64,000 nt of DNA from Camelus dromedarius (GCF_036321535.1 NC_087437.1:75208001-75272000); one strand, 5' to 3'. Counted from the stretch's first letter, positions 15,001-30,000 are shown. Notes: generated by a model not told the origin, from the letters alone. Made by a program: numbers and translations.

Positions 15001-18000
15001 AACTGAAAAAATCCCTGGAAAATAATAAAAATAAACTGTTTATATGAAAATGATAATCCATGTAGATATAGAAAATACCACCTTAAGTCACTTTTTAAAT
15101 TATTCTGTAACTAGATGAGTTTTACATGGCACTGAAAATTTATCAACAGATCACTGGTAATCAAAGAACTATGTAAGTCATTTTTTCATCACTAAAGACA
15201 GAAAAATACGCAAGAACTTATACAACTAATATTTTTCATATGCTATATATAACAAAATATCAGAAACTCACTGAGTGATCTTTGTAGAGGAACATGCTGT
15301 CTACTCCCACTTCATCTCAAGTTTTACATTTCTCTTTTCCTTCGGCCCCAATTCAATACAATTATTCCCCCAAACTCCTCTGTCACCAATCACTAGACCT
15401 AAGATTTGCTGTCTTGGTGATAAGTGGCTCCTGAGCTACTGCATTACCCCAAGGTATAGATTTCTTGCCCTTCCCAGTGTTCCCTCCCTGGGAACTACAG
15501 TCCTGCTTCCTTTATATGGGTACATCTCTTGGATGACAAAAATCTAAATTTTGTGGCCAAGACTTCCTGCTGCTACACGGTATACATTTGGCTAGAACCC
15601 TGATGCCTCCCTGGGAAACCACAGGACCATATCACCATGTCACCTAAACTAGGACTGAACTTGTCCTGTCCCAAACACTGCATTTCACCAGGTCCACACT
15701 TCCCAATACCTGTCTTACCCTAATGAATAGATCCTGGCTTTCTTCTCTTCCTCGTCTACCTCATTTGCTTATACATCATGCCTTTCAACTCAGATTTCTA
15801 TTGTCTCATAGAAGTGGTGTCAGATTTGCACTGATGGTCAGATCTCAACCTATCTTGTGATTTCCCACAGTCTTATTCTGACAGATCCAGAGAGAACCAG
15901 GCTTGAAGTACTTTGATTGTCACATTTCTTCAAATCAAGGCTAGTTATGTGTTGTGTACTCCACCCCTGCCTAAGGTGCACAGAAGAAATAATGACCCTT
16001 ACTTATTAACATACTTCTTGAGGAGTGACAACCTTTCTCCTTAGTAAAATGCCAACATTCTCAACCTATAACATTTCTAACTATAGAGAATATTTTAGAT
16101 AATTTCCACTGTATAATTGCAGAAATATTTATTATAACTTCAGAGACACTTGAATATTACAAAAACCTTAGCAAAGCCAATTCATTATTTTATTGATTCA
16201 CAGACTATAAGTAAGTCTTGATCACTATGAATCTTAAGTTCTCAGAAATATTCAAGCAACCTCTCAATTGCATTATCACTGTAATTATACTCTTTTTAAA
16301 CAATATTTTGATACATGATAGTGTAACAATTTTTATCTAATTTCAATTTTACAATTAAAAACTTTTTTAAAGTTATTTGATAATTATAATACCTTATAAT
16401 TGGTGTTCTTTAAAATGTCAGCTTCACAAGATCGCTCACAATCTAGGTAACTGCAAATGGTCTGCTTCATTATATTACCCTCAGTTGTCTTGATGAAATT
16501 ATTAAGAAGATCCTAAATTTTAAAAATAAAAATATATCTCATGAATTAGTAATAAAAATATTTCCAAGATTTTACCTTAAGTGATATGTCCATTTTACAT
16601 CCTTTTATGAAAGTGTTGTATTTTTTTAAAATAGTCATAGAACTTATTTCTCATTCAGAGTAAACAATATATAGAAAGGCCCTAAATGAGAAACACTAGA
16701 TTTCTTATTGAATATGAACAAGGAGAAAGAAAAAAGTCTGTTTGAAGCTATACATCTAGTCACCATTCTAACTCATAGCATAACACCTAGCATGTTCCTA
16801 TCAAGAATTACTTGCTCTGATATAACAGAGAGACAACAAATCATTGGAAATTCAGATGTCCTTGCTAGAAGTGGCCCCCAGGACACCCTATTGGCAGTGA
16901 GATGACTATAGTGATACAACAGGCTGCTCAATGCCAGAATGGGCAGAAGTAGGGTACAGAAATATGTTTTCAGTGTTCAGAGTTACAACTTGGAATGTAA
17001 TTTCCTATTTTAGAATGCTGATTAAAGGTTTATAAACACAATATAAAGTCTAAGTTAAACAGGTTCTTAATACTGTCCCTTACAGGGACATACTCTTACA
17101 CACTGAAGGTATACAACATGATAACTAAGCCTCTATAGATTATTTTATGAATCAAGTCAGCATTCATAACATTTCTCAATGACATTCACAATTTTATACA
17201 GAATAAAAATGTTTTGACTTAGTTGACAAGGAAATTTTGAATATCAGATTTAAGAGAGAAATAAAGGAGAAGAACTCAAGGACCTATCAGTATGAAAGTA
17301 GTATGTCCTGTCAGAATAGCCAACAGTCAAGTGGAGGTGCTGAAAACAAAAGAACAGGACTCCTAACTGTGTATAACTACTGTGATTTCACATATCTAAC
17401 ACTTAACAGTTCAATATTGATCTATTGATCAATATTATTCCTACCAAATCTGTTCCTTGTTCCTTACTCCTCATCTTCTGACCCCAGCCACTGATACTCA
17501 GTCATTCAACAAATATTTACTGAGTGCCTGTTATGGGCCAGGTTGTTATGGATGTCAAGGAATGTTATGGGTGTTAAGGATAAAGCAGTGAACTTGGCAG
17601 GTTAATACTTAGTCCTCATAGGACTTCCATAGTCTCATCTACCACAATCTACTCAGCTTCAAGCCAACAATCTTGAAGTCATCCATTGCAAAACTATTCC
17701 AACACCCTTTGCATGCAATATATTAGCAAGTACTGTTGAGTCTTCTCCCAAAATATATTGCCAACTCTTCTAATTCTCTCTCCATTCTACCACTCCATGT
17801 CTTACCTAGATTACTGACTATAACAACTGTCTAATTGGTTCCCCTCTTCCCTGCCTATTGTGCTCCAAAGCACTCTCTACAGAGAAGCACAAGATCACGT
17901 CAGTTCCTTGCTTAAAACCCTTCAATGGCTTCCCACTACCTAAAACAAAATCCAGAACCCTTACCAAGGACTGACTGCAAACTGCAGAATTTGAACCCAG

Positions 18001-21000
18001 TATACTCAGCCATCTCTTGTCCATCTCTTTAAATTCAACTCTAGCCTTACTCACTACACAAGTCACATGATTTTATACTTTAAGTTCCTCAAACTTGGTC
18101 TCCATGGCCTAAGGGCCTTTTCACACTCAATCTCATTTACCTTAGAATGCTCTTCCCCTACTCTTTACAGTTAGTTCCATTATCAACCTGCTGCTTCAGC
18201 TTAAACATCACCTCCCAGAGAGGCCTTTTCTAACCACTACACAGACACAGATACACATTATGTATTATATACATATATATAAATATGGATATATGCAGAT
18301 ATACATGTGTGTCTGTGTGTTCTCCATTTTCTCTGTCCCAGTTCCTTGTTTTTCTTTAGAACACTACAATTTATAACTATTTTATTAGCTTTAGTTTTTA
18401 CTTTCTTAACTCCTCCCTTACTGTAAATACAGAAACTATTCAAAGTCCTAAATTCTGTAACTTGTATGGTACTACAATTTGATTATATCATCCAACTGTT
18501 TAAAAGTTTTGAGGGGTTTCACGTTACCCTCAAGACAGAGTCTGAGCTCCTTACTTGGCTTACAAAGGCTTACATGACCTGGCTGACTTTTACCTCTAAT
18601 ACATTGTGCATGAAAAAAGGACAGGATGTTATTTTAAAAAAATTCATTACAAGAAAACTTTTGGTGGATGATAGCTGAAATAATCACTGAAATTAAAAAT
18701 TCAATAGAAACAAGGGTAATGTTGAAAATAATAACCACATGAAAGGACACTGCCCTGCTAGGGTGCTAGTATATATGGGTGTTGGTTAAGCAAATTAAAG
18801 CACAGTTTTATGATGAACTATGAAAAAATTATACTGTATAATAACCCAACAACAAGGTGAGCTCATCTAAGGACACATATGAGGATAGGAGCAATTGGGG
18901 CAGGGCAGTCCTCTGGTGGTACTCACCTGAAATTCCTCAGTGCCAGATAAAGGGGTACAGGCCAGCCCTGTAAGTTCCCTTAGAAAAACTAATTACAATG
19001 TCTGGGAAGTAGGACTTTGGTGGGCTGACAGGCAGAGGCACCAATTAAGAACATGTCAGCCTAGAGCCTAAGCAGGATCATAGAAGCACTCTGCTTTATT
19101 AGACATTAAACTTTAATTATAGGATTTTAGAGAAGTATGGGGAGAGAGGGCTGGAGAAGCGTCCGGGGCAGCTGGAATAGTGGCTGGTTACACAACTATT
19201 TTCAAAGTAGCAACTATTTTCCAAGCAGTATGGAAATATTTTAACATTATAACAACTAATATGATAGCACTAGTGTACACTGGCTGAATATTAGCTCTAT
19301 GTAGAAAGATGTAGTTAAGAAAATCTCCTAGAAAGCGGAACAAAAAGACGAAAACTAAAAATTGGCAAAGAAATAAAATCAGAAATTCAGTCCAGGATGT
19401 CAAATATCTGAATAACAAACATTTCAAAAAGAAAAGAGAAAATGAAGAAGTCATCAAATAAATAAAATGTAAACCAAAAAAACACATTCAGAACCAAAAA
19501 ACATAAATTCAAAACACTAGGGATACAGAGAATACCCTAAAAATTACCAGAAAGAAAGAAAAAAAAAAAAAAAAAAACCAAACAGGTTACAAGCAAAAGA
19601 CAGAATCAGAACACCATCTGATTTCCCAAAAGTACTACTATTGGAAGCTAGAAGATAACAAAAACACAATTTTAAAAACTGAAGGAGAATGATTTTCAAC
19701 CTATAATGCTATGCCCAGGCAAGGTATAAATAAAGTATATGAAGGATAAATTATTTTGAAACTTGAAGAGTCTCAAAAAATTTACCTCCCAAGCAAGCAC
19801 CCTCTTCTAGGAAGCTGCTGGATGAGTTATACCACCAAAACAAGGGAGTATACCTAGAAAGAGGAAAACTTGAGATCCAAAAAATAGAGGATCTACACAG
19901 GAGAGAGGTGAAGGGTACTCCCAGGAACAGAGTAAAAGGAAACTCTAAGGCTAATTTAATAAATACTTATAACTGTTTGTAGGATGGGGGAAGAAAAGTA
20001 TGTGTGTGAAGGAGATGTATAACGGAGCTACTAAACCCTCATCTGCCACAGAGGGAAATCAAAAGATAATATCTAAAATGGAGAAATTTTTAAAATAGCA
20101 GTAGAGCTTTAAAAAAAATAGGTAAATATCAAAGGAAAATGCCTAGAGGGTTGGAAGAAGTTATCTATAGTCAGGAACTACAATGAGAGACAATGAACCA
20201 CAGACTATTAATTTTTAAGACTTGTAATATTATTTGACAAACTGCATACATGTATCACTTTGCATAAAATAAAATTTCACCACAAAAAGTTGAAGAAAGA
20301 AAAATATTTTAAAAATAGAGGGAAAAGAGAGAAAACCAAGACCAAGTAGGGACTGCTTCAGGTAAACACAGAAATTCAGTATTTTTTTAAATGTATAAAA
20401 TTATGACTTTATTAAGTCAAAGTTAAAAGTCCTTTGATTATCCTGGCAAACATCAAAAATTGTCTGCTTATTCTATTGATTACTGAGAGAGGTATATTAA
20501 AATATGCTACTGAAATTGGGAGTGTTCTATTTCTCTTTTTAGTTCTATCAGTTTTTGCCCCAAATGCTTTGAGGCTATATTATTAGGTATATACAAATTT
20601 TGAGTTGTTATAGCCTCCTAGAAAATTAAATTTTTTTATTTTTATAAACATCCCTCTTTATTTTGAGGAATGTGTTTGGCCTTAAAGTCAGCTAAAATAG
20701 AAGGATCCAGAAAGGTTTAAAGTAAAAGTTTAGAAGGTATGTCATTATATCATTCAAATACCAATCAAGAGAAACCTAGTGTAGCTATTTTCATATTAAA
20801 CAAATAAAAAGTGACCACTACAGTTTATCAGATGGGTAAAAATTACCCAAAAAGTAAAGAACGTCCAGAGGGTATGGAGAAATGGAAACTCTCATGCTCT
20901 GTCTTAAGAATATAAACTGGTACAAGCTTTCTAGAAGAAAATGAGATATATACAAATAACTTTACAAGTGTGTAAATATTTACTTCACAATTCCACCTTT

Positions 21001-24000
21001 AAATATTTTTACTAAGGGAATGATGAGAGAAATACAAAAAGATCACTTTCCATAATAGAGAAAAGCAACAATTTTTAGAATAAACTAAATGTTCAATGGC
21101 AGGGAACTGGTTAAGCAAATTTAAGAACATTTTTATAATGGACTATGAAAAAATTATACTGTATAATAGTCTACTCAATGGGAAATTCACAATAATATAC
21201 ATTCTCATATTACAAATCAATGCATATATCATACCAGTTTACTAAAAATAAGAGTATTAAACACATGTATGTGTACATGTATGTATGGAAAGACATACAT
21301 GAAAACACCAACAATGTTTTCTCCATTTGAAGAAATATATGGATGAATTTTACTTTCATCTTTGGCATTTTTACATTTTTCAAGATTTCTGAAGTAAGCA
21401 TTTAGTACTTTTAAAATTCAAATCAACAACAAAATAATGGTAAACATAATTACAAAAAAGAAGTTAACTATTACATTTAGCTCTAACCATTTGAAGTACT
21501 GAACTGGTACATCTTTTAATCTTCTTGTTATTTGGAAATGCTGACACAGCCTCCTCACTTCTCTCTACTTGTTGCACATTCTGCACTAAATAATGGAATC
21601 AAGGTTGTTTCTTATATAAAAAGCTAATGTCCAATAAAAGAACGTGTTTCCTATAGAATGATAGTTAGCATAAACTGTACTTTATCAAAGATGATTCTGA
21701 TTAGCCACAGATGAAATGTTATTCTTCAATAATTTCTTACTTTAAAAGTTGTAGGTAAATCTTCATCTTCCGTAGGATCTATGTCAAACCAATGATCATC
21801 TGTATCTCCTATTTCTTGTAAGCTTTTATGAAATTCTAGCAGTCCTCCATTATATCTGCAAAGAATTTTAAAATAAAGTTAGTTTGAATGAGACTTTGTA
21901 ACTAGATAGTTTACCAATAAGACAAGAAGTAACCCATTTTCTTTCTTTTTTTTTTTTTCTGATAAGCAGGATGGTGATAACCTCTGGCATGCTATAGAAA
22001 TACAAACACCAGGACTCTCACCTGTGGTAGATGGGGATGAAATACAGGTGGAAGGGGAGGCAATAAATTATGTAGTAGTTCAAGCTTGAACAGTATGGGG
22101 GCCATGGTAATTAAAGGGATTGTAGAGTTGGTTGGCTTTTGTTTACTGTCTTGGAAGCCTTGAAGAAAGAGAATGACAGGCACAGGTCAGCCAACTATTG
22201 TTAACTCAGGACACAATGAAAGACAGAGGCCTCTATGGGCAGCATTTAAAGAGACCCTCATCTCCTACAGCCATAAAGATAATCTATGCTGAAAAATCAG
22301 GCCCAGATTTAATCACAAAGTGTAAAAAACTACTAAAGAGGACCAAATACACAGCCTCAACAGGACTACTACTATAACCAAGAATACTCCAGCGAAAGCT
22401 AAAAGGTCACTATGGTAACATTTAAAGAACCCTGATCAACTCTGAATATAAGGGCAGACTATACAGAAAATGAGGCCCAGTATTTAATTGCAAGGGTAGA
22501 ACAACAGCAAAAACCAAAAGCATAGACCCAACAGGATTACTGTACTATCAGGGCTCTGACAGGGGAACAAGCAGACCATGCAAAAACACCATCTAAGGTA
22601 CATGTCTCAGAAGATGATGTTTTTCCTTCTCAAGATCCTCCCCTATCTCTACTCTTTGCCTATAGACCAAAAAATCTAAAATCAGGTATAAGCAAAGCCC
22701 AAATTGGAAAACAGTGGAAGAAAAAGCTTATTCACCTTAAGCATTGTAGAACTCGACTAGTATGTACCGGTAGGAACTTGTCCGGGAGTGGATGTAAAGA
22801 CCGTTGAACCAATGGACAAATATACAGCTGGATAAGGAAGTGCATATTGATATGGGACAACTCTCCCATAATTCAGTATTTACTTTCCTAGCAAGGACAC
22901 CTGAAGCCAGTCCTAACATGCTGTTGAGACGTCTACTTGAAGCATGGACGTAACAATGGCCTTTAGTAATTGAGGTTGAAATGTTGAAAATTTCTTGGCA
23001 GAATATTAAAGAAAGCTCAGGGAGATAAAGATGTTGGAATGGACTCACTACGTAAGACCACAGAATCCACCACTAGGCAAGGTTCTCTGGAAAGGCCCAG
23101 AGGACATTCCTTCCACTAACACAATAAGAAATACAGAGTGAGAAGGACATCAGTGTCTTTGAGCAGCTCAGTGGTGGTTATTCTCCATAGGCCAGGGATG
23201 AAAGTAAATGATGCAGCCAGATGACTGGGCTTTCTAGTGTCAATGATTTGGAAAACGGATTCTCTCCACTGCCCATCAGTAAAGAAAATAAACAGCAGTT
23301 CACATATCTGAGAGGACAGAAGTACAGATTCTTTGTCTTGTTTCAGAGCTATGCTAATTTTCTCAATATAGACTAAAGGGATTTTGATCACCCTGACATT
23401 CTGTAAAGCATAACACTAGCCAACCATATTGATGACATCATGCTAATGAACAGGAAGCAGGAAGTCTTCCAGATTGTAAAAAACAAGCATGCCAGAGGAT
23501 AGAGGATCAACCTTACAAAAATCAAAGAACTACCACAAACTGACACTTTTAGGGATCCAATGGTCAGGCCCAGCAGTAATCCTTCATAAGGATTTGCATA
23601 AATAAACTTTGCCTAATTCATGCTTAAGATCTCAGCTAAATATTATTTCCTCAAGGAGACTTCTGATTCCTGTAGGGTTCCAGTAAAGACTTAAATTGTT
23701 CATTGTATCCTCCTTCACAGCTCTTTATTACATTTCATAGTTGATTACTGATATAACTGATTATTTAATTAAGGTCTATAACCTTCACTATACTGTCAGT
23801 TACATGAGGACAGGAACTGTCTATTTTGTAAACCACTTTGTCCCCAACACCTAGAATAGTCTCCAAAATATGATAAATGCTTAGCAAATAAAAATGAATG
23901 ATGTGGAGACGGAGAAGACGGCGGAGTAGAAGGACGCTCGCAGGTCACCCTCTCCCACAAATACACCAAGACCCACATCTACAGACCTACTAAGCCAACC

Positions 24001-27000
24001 AGAGCACCTGCAGAACTCTGAGAGAACATCGCCCTCTTCAAATGATAAAGACGCCAAAAATCTGGTAGGAGAAAAGGAAAAAAGAAAGAACAAAAGGCAA
24101 AGCAGCACGGGACGGGTCCCGCGGGGAGGGAGCGGCAAAGGAGGACTGGCGCTCGCTCGCTGGGTCTCCCCTCTCCAACTGAGAGGCCAGCGGGACAGAG
24201 GGGGAGCCTCTGAGGCTCGGATCTATACAGAGCAGCCCTTGACTGACAGAACTAAGTTAAACGGGCACAGAGCGTTCCCCCAACACCCAGCCTGAGACGC
24301 GGGCCAGCAGCGGCGGGCAGGGCCAGGCTGCACAAGCCAGGCGGAGGACGGGGGCGGCTGCACAGAGGCAGCCCCGGGGGAACGCAAGGGGCTGCGCGCC
24401 GTGGCTGTGGGTGCACAGGGCAGAACAACCTGGGCCCTCCATAAAACAGCAAGGTTGATGTGCTCTCGGGGGAAGGGTGCACACCCCCATCTCTGAAAAC
24501 CCGCGGAAAGTTTTCGGGGGAAGAGAGGCGGGGCTCAGGCAAAGCCGCCATATCCTCCGCGATGAGCACCCAGGCGGGGGGCGGGGGCGAAACCTGCATC
24601 CGCACCTAAGGGCTTAGCAGCAGCAAAGGCCAGACTGAGACTGGCCTGCAGCCCGGGGCAGACAGGATCCTTCCATCCTGGTTCCTCAGAGAACTTGCTC
24701 CACAAAGACAAACAAGGAGCTGGGTTCTGGCTCGGAGCAGGGACAGGGCTGTCCCTCGGTCTTCCCCGAGCCCACCTGCGGAGCGCTGACCAGGGCGGAG
24801 CGCGCAGCCGCACAGAGAGCAGAACTACCGGCGGCGCAGGTAGAGCGAGAGCGGCCCCCCGCCTTTCGGGCAGGAACACAGCCCCTGACCGAGGTGCTGG
24901 GAGGGGACACGACCCGCCCTCCTACCCGGCCAGTCTGCAACATCTGACTGCGGCATCCGGAGGGGCAGCGACCCGCCCGCCCACAGCAGAGAGCTGCACC
25001 TGACCCAGTGTTAGGAGGAGGCGCGATCTGCTTGCCAACAGGTGCTGGGAGCAGCACAGAAGAGGGCGCCAACGGAGGGCCTCTGAAAACAGCAAGCTGA
25101 GCTTCCAAAACAGGACGAAGACAGAAAGACTTCACATTAAAAGCACACAGACTCCAGGAGAACACCGACAAACCCCCCCCCCCTTTTTTTTTTTAAATCT
25201 GTTTTTACCTGTTCTATTTTCTGTTACTCTTTTAATTTTTACTTCTTAATTCATTTCTATTTCTCTTGGGTTTTGATGTCCTGTTATTGATTAGACACAG
25301 GTTTCAAATACATCTATTCATCTCCCCCCCCCTTTTTTGGTAAAGGTTTTAAAAGGACGTCTCAACCTGATTAATACTCTGCTTCAACTCGCTCTTCTAT
25401 TATTCATTATACACTGTTTTCAAACCCTCTTTCTCCCTTCTTTTAAAATTCTTTCTCTCTCTCTTTTTTTTTCTTTTTTTCCTAAGTTTTATTCCTAAAT
25501 AGGTATTAGATAGATAAAATCCTTAAGGACCAAAATAAACAACTGATACTTCATAAACCACAGTGCCAGAGAGGTATGAGCAAGATGAAGGAGCAGAAAA
25601 ACCTTTCCCAATTAAAAGAACAAGAGAAATCCCCTGAAAGAAAGATCAACGAAATAGACATCGATAGCCTACTAGATCAAGATTTCAAAAAAGGAGTGAT
25701 CAAATTGCTGAAGGAATTGAGATAGTGTTTAGAGATATAAAATATGTCAAAAATGAAATTGAAGCTATAAAGAAGAGCCAAGTAGAATGGGTAAACTCAT
25801 TGACAGAGATGAGGAATGATCTAATAGCTGTGCAAAGCCGACTAGATAATGCAGAGGAACGAATTAGTGATCTAGAAGACAGGGCAATAGAAAGCACCCA
25901 TTCAGAAGAACTACAAGAGAAGCAAATAAAAAATAATGAAAATAGCATAAGGGACCTATGGGATAATATAAAGCGTCCCAATCTTCGCATAATAGGGGTC
26001 CCAGAAGGAGAAGAAAGATCAAAGGGGATTGAAAAGGTTTTTGAAGAAATCATGACTGAAAACTTCCCAAACTTAGAGAAGGAATCAGATATCCAAGTAC
26101 AGGAAGCTCAGAGGGTCCCAAACAGGAAGAACCCAAATAGACCCACACCAAGACATATCATAATCAAGATGGCCAGAGTCAAGGATAAAGAAAGGATTCT
26201 AAAGGTAGCAAGAGAAAAGCAAAGAGTAAGTTACAAGGGAACCCCCATAAGGCTCTCAGCTGATTTCTCTGCACAAACACTACAGGCCAGAAGGGAGTGG
26301 CAAGATATATTCAAAGCCCTGAATGAAAAAAAGATGCAGCCTAGGATCCTTTATCCAGCAAGGCTATCCTTGAGGATAGAAGGAGAAATAAAGAGTTTCA
26401 CAGACAAGAAAAAGCTGCAGGAGTTTAGCAACACTAAACCCATGCTAAAAGAAATATTGAAAGGGCTATTCTAAATAGAAAAGCAGCAGGATGCTACAGA
26501 AATGAGAAACTCACAACTGGAAAGGTGATAACTCATGAATTACAAATAAAGTAAACATGAAATTATAAAAGAAGACATACAAATCACTGAGAGTGGGAGA
26601 GGGAGGCAGGGAAATATAGAATATTTTTTTCTTTCTTTTTTAAATTTTTTTTAACAGTAGGATGGGTTTGAGATCATGTTACTATCAGTTTAATAAAAAC
26701 AGTTATAGTAATGGGTTGACAGATTTACAAAAAAGGGTAACCACAAGCCAAAAATTTACAAAGGAGTCACAAAAATTAAATAAAATCCATGATATTACAA
26801 AGGAAAATTACCAAACCACAAAAGGAAGAAGAAAGGAACAAAGAGGATATACCAATTCAACTGCAAAGTTAAGTTCAAAATGGCAATAAACACACATCTA
26901 TCATTAATTAGTGTAAATGTTAATGGACTAAATGCTCCAGTCAAAAGACACAGAGTGGCAGACTGGATAATAAAGCAAGAACCTTCAATATGCTGCATAC

Positions 27001-30000
27001 AAGAGACCCACTTTAGGGAGAAGGACACATATAGATTGAGAGTGAAAGGATGGAAAAGGATATTCCATGCAAATGGAAAAGCCAAAAAAGCAGGTGTTGC
27101 AGTACTGATTTCAGACAAAATAGACTTTAAAACAAAGGCCATAAAGAAAGATAAAGAAGGACATTTTATAATGATTAAAGGAGTGATACAAGATGAGGAT
27201 ATTACACTCGTTAATATATATGCACCCAATATAGGAGCACCTAAGTACATACAAGAATTACTAACAGAGATAAAGGGGGATATTGATGGGAATACAATCA
27301 TAGTTGGAGATTTTAACACTGCATTAACATCACTAGACAGATCTTCCAGACAGAAAATAAACAAGGCAACAGAGAAATTAAATACTACAATAGAAAAACT
27401 AGATTTGGTGGATATTTTCAGAGCATTACACCCCCCAAAAATAGGATATACATTCTTTTCAAGTGCACATGGAACATTTTCCAGGATCGATCATGTACTT
27501 GGGCACAAAAGAAACCTCAACAATTTTAAGAAGATAGAAATTATCTCAAGCATCTTTACTGACCACAATGCCATGAAACTGGAAATCAACAACAGAGAAA
27601 CAAAGGAGAAAAAGAGGAAAGCATGGAGATTAAACAATATGTTATTGAAAAAACAATGGATCAATGAGGAAATCAAAGCTGAAATTAAAAAATACCTTGA
27701 GACAAATGAGAATGAAAGCACAACCACTCAAAACCTATGGGACACAGCAAAGGCAGTGCTAAGAGGGAAGTTTATAGCGATACAGGCCTTCCTCAAAAAA
27801 GAACAATCTCAAATAAACAATTTAACCCACCACCTGAATGAATTAGAAAAAGAAGAACAAAAAGCCCCAAAAAGCAGCAGAAGGAAGGGAATAATAAAGA
27901 TCAGAGGGGAATTAAATACAATAGAGATTAAAACAAGACCATAGAAAAAATCAACCAAACCAAAAGCTGGTTTTTTGAAAAAGTAAATAAAATCGACAAA
28001 CCTCTGGCCAAACTCACAAAGAAGAAAAAAGAGAGAGCACAAATTAGCAAAATAAGAAAGGAAAATGGAGAAATTACAACAAACAAAATAGAAATACAGA
28101 ATATCATATGAGAATATTATGAAAAACTGTATGGAACCAAACTGGATAACCTAGAGGAGATGGACAAGTTTCTGGAAACATACTGTCCACCAAAACTGAA
28201 TCAAGAAGAATCTGAACACTTGAACAATCCGATCACTAGAAAGGAAATAGAAATAGCAATTAAAAACCTCCCTACAAATAAAAGTCCAGGACCGGACGGC
28301 TTCACCGGGGAATTCTACCAAACATACAAAGAAGAACTCATACCAGTCCTTCTCAAACTCTTCCAGACGATTGAAAAGGAGGGAATACTCCCAAACTCAT
28401 TCTATGAAGCCACCATCACCCTGATACCAAAACCAGGCAAAGACACTACAAAAAAAAGAGAATTATAGGCCAATATCACTGATGAACATAGACGCCAAAA
28501 TCCTCACCAAAATTTTGGCAAATACAATCCAACAACACATAAAAAAGATTATACATCATGACCAAGTGGGGTTCATCCCAGGGACACAAGGCTGGTTCAA
28601 CATACGCAAATCAATCAGTGTAATACATCACATCAACAAGAGAAAGGACAAAAACCACATGATCATCTCAATCGATGCAGAAAAAGCATTTGATAAAATT
28701 CAACACCCATTTATGGTAAAAACTCTCGCCAAAGTGGGTATAGAGGGAACATATCTCAACATAATAAAAGCTATATATGACAAACCTACAGCCAGCATAG
28801 TACTCAACGGTGAAAAACTCAAAAGCTTCCCACTAAAATCTGGGACAAGACAAGGATGCCCACTATCACCACTCCTATTCAACATAGTCCTGGAAGTCCT
28901 AGCCACAGCAGTCAGGCAAGAGAAAGAAATAAAAGGGATCCAAATTGGAAAAGAAGAGGTAAAAGTGTCATTATATGCTGATGACATGTTACTATATATA
29001 GAAAACCCTAAAAGGTCCACACAAAAGCTACTAGAGCTGATTGAAGAATTCAGCAAGGTAGCAGGTTACAAAATTAACGTTCAAAAATCAGTTGCATTTC
29101 TTTACACTAACGATAAATCAACAGAAGAAGAAAGTAAAGAAACAATCCCCTTTAAAATAGCACCCAAAGTAATAAAATACCTTGGTTAGAATAAATCTAA
29201 CCAAGGAGGTGAAAGAATTATACACAGAAAACTATAAACCATTGATGAAGGAAATTAAAGAAGACTTTAAAAAATGGAAAGATATTCCATGCTCTTGGAT
29301 TGGAAGAATCAATATTGTTAAAATGGTCACACTGCCCAAGGCAATCTACAGATTTAATGCAATCCCTATCCAATTACCCAGGACATATTTCACAGAACTA
29401 GAACAAATCATAATAAAATTTATATGGAACCATCAAAGACCTAGAATTGCCAAAGCATTACTGAAGAGAAAGAAAGAGGCTGGAGGAATAACTCTCTCAG
29501 ACTTCAGACAATACTATAGAGCTACAGTCATCAAGACAGCATGGTATTGGTACCAAAACAGACATATAGACCAATGGAACAGAATAGAGAGCCCAGAAAT
29601 GAACCCACAAACTTTTGGTCAACTCATCTTCGACAAAGGAGGCAAGAATATACAATGGAATAAAGACAGTCTCTTCAGCAAATGGTGTTGGGAAAACTGG
29701 ACAGCAGCATGTAAAACAATGAAGCTAGAACACTCCCTTACACCATATACAAAAATCAACTCAAAATGGATTAAAGACTTAAACAAAGACAAGATACAAT
29801 AAACCTCCTAGAGGAAAACATAGGCAAAATATTATCTGACATACATCTCAAAAATTTTCTCCTAGAAGAAATAAAAGCAAGAATAAACAAATGGGACCTA
29901 ATGAAACTTACAAGCTTCTGCACAGCAAAGGAAACCAGAAGTAAAACAAGAAGAAAACCTACGGAATGGGAGAAAATTTTTGCAAGTGAAACCGACAAAG

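Noticed and set aside
24252..25171. Several 77-161 aa ORFs on both strands of the L1 5'UTR (ORF0-like?)
   Set aside because: Expected in GC-rich, stop-poor sequence; no recognisable protein similarity
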